This document shows, in pieces, positions 33,721 to 43,981 of a stretch of 64,000 bases of DNA. The stretch is from assembly GCA_020184695.1 (NCBI GenBank), contig JAANOX010000018.1:1-64000 (forward strand), read 5' to 3'. Both the position numbers and the translations under genes were made by a program. Source of the stretch: Histomonas meleagridis 2922-C6/04-290x (lineage: Eukaryota; Protista; Parabasalia). Below the pieces are notes generated by a model that searched no databases, was not told the DNA's origin, and saw only the letters and a program-made list of their open reading frames with translations. Each line of letters starts with the position of its first letter. Within the stretch, counting starts at the first letter, position 1.

Positions 33721-35877
33721 ATGGGGAAACTTGGCTTTTATCTCCATCCAGAATCAATTGCTGTGATTGGAGCTTCCTCTATCCCAGGCAAAGTTGGCTA
33801 CGCTGTTATCAGGAACATTGTCAACTCGAAATACGCAGGAAAATTATATCCTATTAATCCAAGACCAGGTACAATATTTGATTACCAAACGTATCCATCC
33901 GTTCTTAATGTTCCTGATCCTATTGACGTTGCGATTATTTGTATTCCAGCAAAATTCGTAAACAAAGTTGTTGAAGAATGTGGACAGAAAGGTGTCAAAG
34001 GTATTATAATTGTTGCAGCAGGCTTTCGTGAGATTGGTGGCGATGGCGTTCAACTTGAAGAAGAATTAGTTCGAATTTGTAAGAAATATAACATCCGTTG
34101 CATTGGCCCTAATGTTCTTGGTAACATTACCACATCTGCTAACATGTCCTTTTCGATGAAGACACCAATGCGAGGACGCGTAGCAATGATTTCACAGTCT
34201 GGCGCAATGATGACAGCAGTTCTAGATTGGGCCGACACGAAACGAATTGGCTTTTCACACTTTATCTCACTCGGCAACAAATGCGATGTTGATGAAATTG
34301 ATTTTATTGATGAAATTTCGAATGATCCAGAGACCTCATTAATGATTCTTTACATTGAATCTGTTAATGATGGAAATCGTTTCATGAAAATTGTTGAACA
34401 AGCTACCAAGAAAAAGCCGGTGATTATTCTTAAGTCTGGAATATCTGATGCAGGTAAAGCTGCAGCTTCATCTCATACAGGTGCATTATCCGGTAATGAC
34501 ATGGTATTTGATTTAGCATTCGAACGTGCGGGTGTTATACGAGCGCGAACAATGCAAGAACTCTTTGATTATGCCACAATATTTAATCAATCATTATATC
34601 CATTAGGGAACAAATTTGCAATACTTACAAACGCTGGTGGCCCTGGTATCATAGCCACTGATTGCTTCGAAGAAAATCATATCGAATTCGCTCATTTCAC
34701 AGAAGCAACGACTGATAAACTTCGTAAATTATTACCTCCACAAGCGTCAATACATAATCCAGTTGATATTGTCGGAGATGCAACGCCAAAACGTTTTCGT
34801 GATGCACTTACAGTAATCTTTGAAGAAGATTCAAATGTATGCGCAGGTTCACTTGTCCTTGTTACACCTCAATCAACGACTGATCCAATTGCAGTTGCGA
34901 ATCAATTAGTAGATGTCCATCGACAATTTCCAGATCGATTCTTAGTCACGACATTTATGGGCGGTGATACAATGTCAATACCGCATAAGATTCTTCAAGA
35001 GAACTCTATTCCATGTTATTCATTTCCAGAGCCAGCAGTCAAGTCATTACGCGAAGTATTACATTATCAATCACTTCTCCGAAATATACAAAATGATAAT
35101 AATATTGACGAAAATGTTAATAATTCAAAAAGAATATTAACAGTTGAAAACCAAGACAAAGTTAAAACGATAATCAAAAATGCGATTAATGAAAATCGTA
35201 ATATGCTTTCACCGATGGAATGTAATGAAGTTCTTTCGATATATGGAATCAATTCATGTAAATCAAAGCTGGTACATTCTGCAGGTGAAGCAATTGACTT
35301 TGCGAAAGAAATTGGTTTTCCTGTTATTATGAAAATTGCGTCTTCTGATATTGTCCATAAAAGTGATTGCGGAGGTGTTATTCTTAACATTAAAACGCCT
35401 GAAGACGTCTCGATATCATATGAAAAGATTTTAAATGACGTCGCATTAAAAGGTCCAAAAAATGCAAAAATCGATGGAATCGAAGTACAAATGCAAATCG
35501 ATGTAAGACAACATATGAAAACAAATGAAATAATATTCGGTATGAATAGAGACCCGCAATGGGGACCCGTCGTTATGGTCGGCGCCGGAGGAATATATGC
35601 GAATTATATAAAGGATGTTGCGTTCGAACTCGCGCGTGGCTACAAAAGAGATGTCGCAAAAAGACAAATCGAAAAGACAAAAATTTATAAAATTTTAGAG
35701 GGTGTAAGAGGCGAACCGAAGTCAGATGTAAAGGCGCTTTTGGAAATGATGATGAGAACTGTGCAAATGATTATGGAAAACGAGGAAATTACTGAAATGG
35801 ATATGAACCCAGTGTTGGTTTTCGAGGAAGGAAGTGGCGTTTGCGCTATAGATACAAAAATAATGATAAATAAATAG
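33721..35877 (+). CDS. ADP-forming acetyl-CoA synthetase (fused alpha/beta acetate-CoA ligase)
   Basis: IAVIGAS, IGPNVLG, SQSGA, SLGNKCD, SSHTGALSG (phospho-His), TNAGGPG; C-terminal ATP-grasp HKSDCGGV..DMNP. ATG at 33721 follows the Inr TCACT. Confidence 0.88.
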   Translation: MGKLGFYLHPESIAVIGASSIPGKVGYAVIRNIVNSKYAGKLYPINPRPGTIFDYQTYPSVLNVPDPIDVAIICIPAKFVNKVVEECGQKGVKGIIIVAAGFREIGGDGVQLEEELVRICKKYNIRCIGPNVLGNITTSANMSFSMKTPMRGRVAMISQSGAMMTAVLDWADTKRIGFSHFISLGNKCDVDEIDFIDEISNDPETSLMILYIESVNDGNRFMKIVEQATKKKPVIILKSGISDAGKAAASSHTGALSGNDMVFDLAFERAGVIRARTMQELFDYATIFNQSLYPLGNKFAILTNAGGPGIIATDCFEENHIEFAHFTEATTDKLRKLLPPQASIHNPVDIVGDATPKRFRDALTVIFEEDSNVCAGSLVLVTPQSTTDPIAVANQLVDVHRQFPDRFLVTTFMGGDTMSIPHKILQENSIPCYSFPEPAVKSLREVLHYQSLLRNIQNDNNIDENVNNSKRILTVENQDKVKTIIKNAINENRNMLSPMECNEVLSIYGINSCKSKLVHSAGEAIDFAKEIGFPVIMKIASSDIVHKSDCGGVILNIKTPEDVSISYEKILNDVALKGPKNAKIDGIEVQMQIDVRQHMKTNEIIFGMNRDPQWGPVVMVGAGGIYANYIKDVAFELARGYKRDVAKRQIEKTKIYKILEGVRGEPKSDVKALLEMMMRTVQMIMENEEITEMDMNPVLVFEEGSGVCAIDTKIMINK

Positions 35878-36429
35878 ATTAAAATTTGTGGCACTCATAA
35901 GTATCTGTTGCGTAGGTAATTATCCAATTGAGTGATGCGAATCAATATGTACATATGCAGGCACAAGATAAGTTCGGAAAAGTGCTTTTTGTGTTGGAAA
36001 TTCGAGTTAAAAATCAACAAAAAGAGCGCTGTGCTTTGTAAAGTTTTTTGTGTTTGTTTGCTGCCTTTTGTGGAATGTTTCTCAAATTTGATCAATTGAA
36101 ATAAGAAAATGCATTAAATATCGAATCGTTTCACTTTTGCATTGCTGTGACAACATATTTCAAAGCTTGAAGATTGCAAGAAAACATGTTTTCCTTTGCT
36201 CACAATTTGCCCTATTGATACAGGCACAAGTAAACTCGGAAAACAAAATAAATAAAAACATGAGCGCTCAAACTTAAATCCTGTTGAAAAAAATGATTTG
36301 AAGTGATATTTATCGTTCAAAATGATTAAATTTATTTCAAAAACATTGAAAATTTTTGCAAGTGCTTCACAAAATACATTGAAAAATTTCTCATCTTTGA
36401 ATGAAAATTCATATAAATTAGGCTTTCAT

Positions 36430-36780
36430 ATGCCCACATAAGCGCAGTGTTAAATATTTTGAAAAAATTCCAAATATTGGAAGCATATACCAAATTATTA
36501 AATTTAATAATATCTTTCGCATTAATATCAATTCCTTCTTGTTCAAGAAGTAATTTAACTATTCCTATATAACCTTTTTCAGATGCATAGATAAGTGCTG
36601 TTTTAAATATCTTAATTAATTTCCAAATATTATTTTAAACCATCAATAAATTACGAAAATAAATTTCAAATAAAACAAATATATATCTTTGGTATTAATA
36701 TCTATTCCTTCTTGCTCAAGAAGTAATTTAAATTTCAGATGCATAAAAAATGAATTTGTTAAATTGCTGTTTCAAAAATT
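36430..36780 (-). pseudogene. Orphan ankyrin module flanked by 83-nt and 63-nt inserts
   Basis: LLEQEGIDINTKD, then 83 nt (36684-36602), then TALIYASEKGYIGIVKLLLEQEGIDINAKD, then 63 nt (36511-36449), then TALMWA. Confidence 0.8.
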
Positions 36781-36913
36781 ATTTGTTTGTTTTTCAACAA
36801 TAGAAACAAGTATCTGTATTAAACGTTGTTATTTGCAAGGAGGTGTTTCATTTCATTAAACATTTACAAAGATAAAAAATATTTCTAACAAAATATTTAC
36901 ACAATAAATTTTT

Positions 36914-38464
36914 TCATTTTTTGAGTCTGTTCAGCATTTCATTTATCATTGCGGTCTGTCTTTTACAGAGCTCCGCTTTAAAAGCCAAACAAACGAACTG
37001 CGATGGGAAGTTGAACTCCAACTTTTGTGTTATTGCAGGTTTTACGATACTTTCGCTTTCTTTTACGTACAACATCTTTACGCTTGTTTGCAGAGCGCGT
37101 TTTTCTTCTTCTTTTAAACACAACTTCGAAAGTTTATAAACATTTCCATTCGAATCTATCAACAAATCGGACGAAATCCTCAGCATTCCTCCGCCAATAA
37201 TTCCGTAAGATTGAACGACATCATTTTTTTGTGCCGTCAAAACAAAAATATTATCAATGTTTTGATGATTTAAAAAGAATTGTATTTCATTTAATTGGAG
37301 AAATAATAAAGTTTCTTGTGTGATCGAATTTCTTTCGGATTCATTTTCAATAATGGCTTCAAGATCATATCGAGGCTTATATAATAAACGAATTTTTAGA
37401 AGTAATGGCATCAAGATAATTGGTGAAAGTTTCCTTATTTCTTCAATAAGTTCATTGTTGACTTCAATAACAATTTTCGGCGGTTGCTTTGAAAATAAAC
37501 CTATCAATTGTAAAGAAACAGAAAACTCTGTAAACGTTCTCCTCGATTTGAATACTTCGAAAACGTCACTTTTAATCGTTTGGGGCAATGAATTAACATC
37601 AATTAAGTTGTTCTCACAACAAAATTGGAGAAGCGAAAGAGTTAGAATATGTTTCTGTGGTAATAAAGGAATGCGTTTCTCAATTAAAGTAATCATTAAA
37701 GGACGCATTTGTCCAAATGAAAGAAAAAGTACTGATCGACAAAATGTGATATTATTTTCAGTTTCAAGCGCTTTGGTAAGCTTAGTCATAACAACTTGAC
37801 TAAGAGGATCTGGGGCAACATCTAATAAATCAGCAAGAAATGCTAATTCATCTTGATGGATTGATTGAAGAAGACAATCAAGTGGCGCATCTGTAAATGT
37901 TTCCATAATAGCTTGATTAATGGAATCATTGTTTAAGGCGCAAAGATTGAGAATTACTAAGCGAGCTCCTGAAACAACAACTGAATCATGATGAACAACA
38001 AAAGGAACTGAATGAGTGATAAGAGGACACTCAGCCATATCTGTAGTAAAAAGTAGATTTGGATCAATAAGATTTGCTTTCATTGAGACAACTTTTAAGA
38101 CTGTGATATAAGATTGAAGAATTTCGCCAGAAAACTCAAATGGGTATAAAATTAAATTATTGATTGCATTTCCTGTGAACAAAATACGAAGTTCAGACTC
38201 ACTATTACAAGTTTCGATTAATATATCCCAGAATTTTAATATTTTTAATTGTGTATCATGATCGATTTTGTTTTTGAATATGCACCCCATTGTAGTAAAT
38301 ATACCTGTTGCACAAATAGATAATAGTTTTGAATAATATGATGCGGAAAAATTAGCCATTAATTGTGGTACATGATCTAATGCTTCAGCGAACTTCTTTA
38401 AATTTTTCTTTGTGAATTTATTAACAACATTACTACAGATAGACCTCAATTCATCGAGGTCCAT
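36914..38464 (-). CDS. FPL-domain (CLEC16A/TT9-like) protein
   Basis: NNLILYPFEF..EILQSYITVLKVVSMK..H.DSVVVSGARLVILNL matches the FPL pattern. Confidence 0.6.
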   Translation of the reverse strand: MDLDELRSICSNVVNKFTKKNLKKFAEALDHVPQLMANFSASYYSKLLSICATGIFTTMGCIFKNKIDHDTQLKILKFWDILIETCNSESELRILFTGNAINNLILYPFEFSGEILQSYITVLKVVSMKANLIDPNLLFTTDMAECPLITHSVPFVVHHDSVVVSGARLVILNLCALNNDSINQAIMETFTDAPLDCLLQSIHQDELAFLADLLDVAPDPLSQVVMTKLTKALETENNITFCRSVLFLSFGQMRPLMITLIEKRIPLLPQKHILTLSLLQFCCENNLIDVNSLPQTIKSDVFEVFKSRRTFTEFSVSLQLIGLFSKQPPKIVIEVNNELIEEIRKLSPIILMPLLLKIRLLYKPRYDLEAIIENESERNSITQETLLFLQLNEIQFFLNHQNIDNIFVLTAQKNDVVQSYGIIGGGMLRISSDLLIDSNGNVYKLSKLCLKEEEKRALQTSVKMLYVKESESIVKPAITQKLEFNFPSQFVCLAFKAELCKRQTAMINEMLNRLKK

Positions 38465-38602
38465 TAATTCGATACTACCAAGCGACCGTTTATTTCCGTT
38501 CGGTGAAATTTTACGTGAAAAATGACTTTATAAAATTTATTTGGAAAATTATCGTTGAACAATATTATACAAAACAAACATCTTTATTAATTTAAAAAAG
38601 TT

Positions 38603-40198
38603 CTATTTCGTTCTATTTTTTACAATTATTTCATGTAGTTTTATCACGGTTTTTTGTAAATGTACAACATCTAAAGGTAAAACCCAATTTCCATATGGCT
38701 CATCCAAACAAATGTCATCTATTGATAATATTGGATATTTTGATATCACAGATACAATTCTATGATATTCAGAAGCTAATCTTGCGATATGTTTAATGAT
38801 AGTTCTTAATTCTTTATTTTCTATTTCGATAATTTCCGCTTGTGATATTACATTTGCAATTATCGCAGCAGAAGATTCACAAATTCCTTGTGGAATTTCA
38901 TTAGTTTTTAATGGCTTCGATTGCGGAATTGATTCAATTAATTTTTTATAATCTGAATCAATTTCAATCGTTTCGACTCTTAAATCACGTAAAAGTTGAA
39001 CAAGTGGTTCTACATCAGAAGATTTAATATTTTCAAGTTCCTCATGAAGTAGTGCAATTTCTTTCTTTAATTTAAAGTTTTCTTCTTTATGTGCATAAAC
39101 AGCTTCTTCCGCTGTAATTCGTTTAGAGATTTCTTCTTGCGCACGTTTTTTAATGTTTTGGATTTTCGTTTTCATTATATCTTCATTCTTTATATATTTG
39201 ACATGACTATTAGCAGTTTTAGAAGCTTTGTCTACAAGTGCTTTTATTTGCTCATTGGCCATTATAAGTTGTTCTTCGAGATTTTGTATCTTCTCTTCAA
39301 GGGCTATCGTCTTTTTAGTTTGAATGCTTTCGTTTTTGATGGCCTTTGACTTGTCGACACGCATTTGGTCGAGGGCTTGTTGGTACTTCCGAATCTCGTC
39401 TTTATGAGTAGCTTCTTTAGCAATTAGCTCATCAATCAATGCTTGCTTATCATCGTTATCTTTTTTGATGCTATCCAAGTTAGCTTGGCTTTGGAGTTGT
39501 AATGTTTTTAAGGTTTTACGTGTCCTTCGTTGTTGATTGATTGTTTGTCTAAGTCGCTCATTTTCAATATTCATTGATTCAATTTCCTTACGAAAGAATT
39601 TGCCGCTTTGAAGTTCGCGTATTTGTTGCTTTAAGGTCCTGTTTTCAAGCTCAAGATCTTCATTGGATTTTAACAAGGATTGATATTCATTCTCTCGATA
39701 CTCATTTGACTCACTTAAAGCTTGGAATTCTTTTGATAAGTCAGAATATTTTTGTGATAGTTCTGCATAATCTTTTGCTTTTTTGTCAAGCATGTTTTCC
39801 ATTTCTTGAATTATTTCATCAGATGGAGTCTTTGTTTGACCAAGCTTATTTAATGTTTCTAAAAATTTTATCCTATCTTCATTGATTCCTGCTCGAATTT
39901 GTGCTGCTTTTTCGCTGTCTAATTGGTTCTTTTCAGTTTTATCTTTTTGTAATTGTGCTATTAATTCTGAGTATTGCTGAATTAAATCATCTCGTTCTTG
40001 CAATAATTTGGCAGATGAGTCAACTGCTTCTTGAGCATATTGAAACTCTTCTTGAAGTTGATTATACATTTGTGATATATCATTGATTTGTTGATTTCGC
40101 GCTTCAAGTGCATCTGCAAGAAGACGCATTTTCTCTTCTGCTTGAGTCAACCGTATCCTCAATAATGAATTCTCTTCCCTGATTTCATGAGAATCCAT
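38603..40198 (-). CDS. Long coiled-coil hypothetical protein
   Basis: 531 aa with continuous heptads. Confidence 0.8.
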   Translation of the reverse strand: MDSHEIREENSLLRIRLTQAEEKMRLLADALEARNQQINDISQMYNQLQEEFQYAQEAVDSSAKLLQERDDLIQQYSELIAQLQKDKTEKNQLDSEKAAQIRAGINEDRIKFLETLNKLGQTKTPSDEIIQEMENMLDKKAKDYAELSQKYSDLSKEFQALSESNEYRENEYQSLLKSNEDLELENRTLKQQIRELQSGKFFRKEIESMNIENERLRQTINQQRRTRKTLKTLQLQSQANLDSIKKDNDDKQALIDELIAKEATHKDEIRKYQQALDQMRVDKSKAIKNESIQTKKTIALEEKIQNLEEQLIMANEQIKALVDKASKTANSHVKYIKNEDIMKTKIQNIKKRAQEEISKRITAEEAVYAHKEENFKLKKEIALLHEELENIKSSDVEPLVQLLRDLRVETIEIDSDYKKLIESIPQSKPLKTNEIPQGICESSAAIIANVISQAEIIEIENKELRTIIKHIARLASEYHRIVSVISKYPILSIDDICLDEPYGNWVLPLDVVHLQKTVIKLHEIIVKNRTK

Positions 40199-40369
40199 TA
40201 CTGAGTAAATTGCTTAACGTGTTTTGTGTCACTTTTTTATCTTCCAATTTTAGGGCTTAATAAAAAAAATACATAAAGATTTACAATAAATACATTTTTT
40301 ATTATTAAATAACTTATGATTTAAAGGAATGAATGTTTTCTAAATGAGCTTTCACAAGTTTTAGCTATT

Positions 40370-42876
40370 TCAAGTTTTTTTAGTCAAAATTTCAACAATA
40401 TTAGTGTAACCTTTATCAGATGCAATCATAAGTGCTGTCTTAAATAAAATGAAAAAATTCCAAATGAAAAAATGAAATATCCAATTATATTATCAAACTT
40501 TAATTAAGCTCAAATAATATCTTTAGCATTTATGTCAATTTTACTATGTTCAAGAAGGGATTTAACAGCTTCAAATTTACCTTTAGAAGAAGCAACCATA
40601 AGCGCTGTTCTAAGTAATTTTAATAAATTCCAAAAATATTTTTGATATATTTTATAAAAAAAATAAACTTCAAATAAATCAAATAATTATCTTTAGCATT
40701 AATATCTAAATCATCACGTTTTAGAAGTAGTTTAATAATTTCAATAAAACCATTTTCACATAAATTCATTAAAGCTGTTTCAAATTACATTAAATGATCT
40801 CAAAAAGATATTTTAAAACTAAAATAAATAAAACTAACTTTAAACATAAATAAAGTATATTTTTGGTATTAATTTCTACATCTTTTCTTTCTATAAATAT
40901 TTTAACAATTTCATAATTATTTTTAAAACATGCATAATTAAATGCTGTTTGAAATGATTTTATGAAATTCGAAAAAAAACATTAAAATACTAAAATTATT
41001 GAATGAACATTATATAATTCAATTTAATATCTTTTGCATTGATATCAATTTCTTTTCTTTCAATTAATAATTTAACAATTTCATTATTACAATAAAAACA
41101 TGCCTCCATAAGCGCTGTCCAAAATAATTTAAATAAAATCCAAAAACTATAATAAAACATCATGTAATTAAAACAAACATCTAATAAATCATTTAAATAT
41201 CTTTCACATTAATATCAATTTTATTTTGCGCAAGAAGTATCTTTACAATTTCTATATGTCCTTTTTCAGATGCAAAAATAAGCGGTGTTCTAAACAAATT
41301 AAACAAATACCTAATATATTATTAAAACTTCAAAAATTTAAATAGAACATTATAATAAATGATTAAACACCTTTTTCATTAACATCTATATCATTAATTT
41401 CCATAAATAATTCCATTATTTTAATATGATTGTTTTGTACCGAATAAATAAATGCTGAATTAAATGAATTAAATAAATGTCAAAAAGCAATTCAAACAAA
41501 CATTAAATAAATTGATTTAATATCTTTTGCATAAATATTTATATCATTTCGTTGGAATAATAATTTTATAATTTCGTAATAACCATTAATAGATGCTAAC
41601 ATAAGAGCATTTCTAAACAAAATGAATAAAATCCATAACAAACTTTAAAACATAAAAACAAGAAAATAAAATTCAAATAGAATAAAAAATCATCTCTAGC
41701 ATCTAAATCAATTCCGTTTTGTTCAAGTATACATTTTATTAACTCAATATTTCCTGATTCAATGGAAAAAATCAGAATATTTTTCGGTATTTGATTATCT
41801 TTGATAAATTTCTGGAATAGAAAAATATTTCCAATTTTTGCTGTTTCAATTATAATTGAGTTATCGATTATCATTCTTTCATTTTCAAGAAATGAAAGAA
41901 TTTTGTAATTAGAATATTTCAAACATTTAACAACTAAATTTGGAATGCTATCGATACTAATAATTTCATTATCATAAAGATAATGAAAAATATCATTTCG
42001 ATGAAATTCAATTGCTATTTCATATGCATTTTCGAATGATGAATGATATTGTTCACATAAATGAATTATCTCTAAGTTTCCGCCTGCAATTGCATATTTA
42101 CCTGTTTTATTTATATTAGAACCAATTAACAATAAAAATTTAAAACATTTAACTGATCCAAAAAATGCTGCATAATCTACAAGGGTTACATCGCTTTTAT
42201 TAATAAATGAATATCTTTCATAAAGTGATGGTTTAATCTTTTTATTAATATCAAAATTATTTTGTGATGTTATTTCTTGAAGTTTTTCTATTTCATCATT
42301 TCGAATTATTTTTGCAATTTCATTTGGATTATGTCCTTCTTTAATTAATTGTTTATGAATTTCCCAATTGTTCTCTGAAAGTTTATCAATGTTTTCTATA
42401 AATTGTTGAAGAAATGGAGGGAAATAATTAATTCCATTGATTTCTTCTTTTGATTTATAATGTGAAAAATATAATGTTTTTTCCCTCTTTACAGTTCTAG
42501 GTGTTGCTAACTTTTTTTCTATCAATTTTCCAAGTATATAATTTGATTCTTGTGATTTGGAATGAAGAAGAAATTGAATAAAAATTTCACTAATTTCATA
42601 TTTACTTTTATCGAACTGTTTTGCTTCAATCATCTCGATAAATTTTATATAAAGATCAATATCATTCATCTGGGATACAAACGATGAATAAATTATTTGA
42701 CAAATAATAAGATTAAATGAATATGGATATTGTTCATCTTCAAATAAAGTCATTACAAATTCAATGGAAGAAATGATGTTCTCTTGACTTAAATCAAAAA
42801 TAACTTCTTCAATTGATTGCAACTTTGAGTAACACTCATCATTATTCGCTAGGATTTGGCTACAATCATTTCCCAT
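40370..42876 (-). CDS. Ankyrin-repeat gene (DUF3447-like N-terminus) with a C-terminal ankyrin array interrupted by 8 inserts
   Basis: Open frame from ATG 42876 to DLDARD (41692). Then 90-nt modules at 41611-41522, 41458-41369, 41288-41199, 41118-41029, 40948-40859, 40778-40689 and 40608-40519, and a terminal module 40438-40370 ending in TGA. All modules are stop-free ankyrin consensus. Confidence 0.8.
40439..41691 (-). repeat. 170-nt periodic array (90-nt ankyrin module plus 80-nt AT-rich insert)
   Basis: Inserts at 41691-41612, 41521-41459 (63 nt), 41368-41289, 41198-41119, 41028-40949, 40858-40779, 40688-40609 and 40518-40439. Confidence 0.92.
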
Positions 42877-43443
42877 TTTTTTGTCGTTGGACAATTGAAT
42901 ATAAAACCGCAATGACAAAAACCGATAAAGTATTCAATCGGAAACGAACATTTTTTATACCATTCAAACATATTTAACGATAAAATGTATGAATCCTAAT
43001 TTCCTTTTGCGTTGTAACAAGAAAAAATTGTCTTTTAACTTCCTATATATTCCTAAACTTTAAGCATATTAAATTATTAAATTATTTTGCAGAAGTAATT
43101 TTACTTTTTTCACATTTACTACAATGAAAGAATAGTCACAGCACTCAAAAAGTAGATCTCTCTGTCATCGAAAGTGACAACACTTCTCAAAAAGTGATAA
43201 ATTCTGATACTTACTATTGTCACTTTTTAGAAAAATAAAGATGTTTTTGATTTAGTACTTTCGGTATATTTTTAAAAGCTTAATTAAGCTTATGTTTAAA
43301 ACTCCTTTTAATTGCTTATGTTTAAAAAATACTTGGGAAATGTAAATTTTTACATATGATTAAATCCGTCTAAATATGTACTCTCTATAAACATAACTAT
43401 TTTGAGCAATTTATTTCATTGGCTCATGATGAGTATAATTTTG

Positions 43444-43803
43444 TTATTGATTAACATTTTCATCCATAATCTCATTGTCATCAATTAAAACATTATCAAA
43501 TTTTTGATGAGTTCTATAATTTCTCCACTTAACATACAAAACAATTAGAACAGCAGCAATCACCACAACAACCACAACAACTACAGTAATCACTACGTTA
43601 TTTGACGGCATATATCCGTAGCATTCTTCGAATCCCTTATTCACTGATAGAGCTCCGAAATTATCTTCAACATATGAAACATTTACATAAGCTTTTTTTG
43701 CCGAAATTTTTTGAAATGCATTTGGTGCGATGTAATTTGGTTCATATTTACCATAATAAAATATACAATTTAAATCTTTACATTCAAGGAATGCATAATC
43801 CAT
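43444..43803 (-). pseudogene. 5'-truncated BspA-like surface protein (last LRR, TM, cytoplasmic tail)
   Basis: DYAFLECKDL..YYG..P..AF, TM segment VVITVVVVVVVVIAAVLIVLYV, acidic tail. Confidence 0.55.
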
Positions 43804-43981
43804 AATATTGTTATTCTTTTCTGAATTGATTCACAATCTAACTGATCATTTAATGAAAAATTAAAATCATCTTTTCATGATGATTCCACATGTACATATT
43901 AGCTAAAACAATTTTTTTATTTAATTAAAGTTTCAAAAACTCTAATGATCTGTAAAGATATTTTATTATTAATATAAAAAT

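Noticed and set aside
40439-41691. 170-nt periodic array as a CRISPR array or simple satellite
   Set aside because: The units encode ankyrin repeats, the inserts are too long and divergent for CRISPR repeats, there are no cas genes, and the context is eukaryotic.
40439-41691. Inserts as canonical GT-AG or U12 introns
   Set aside because: No frame-restoring GT..AG or AT..AC pair is shared across inserts, and there is no CTAAC branch or ATATCCTT motif.
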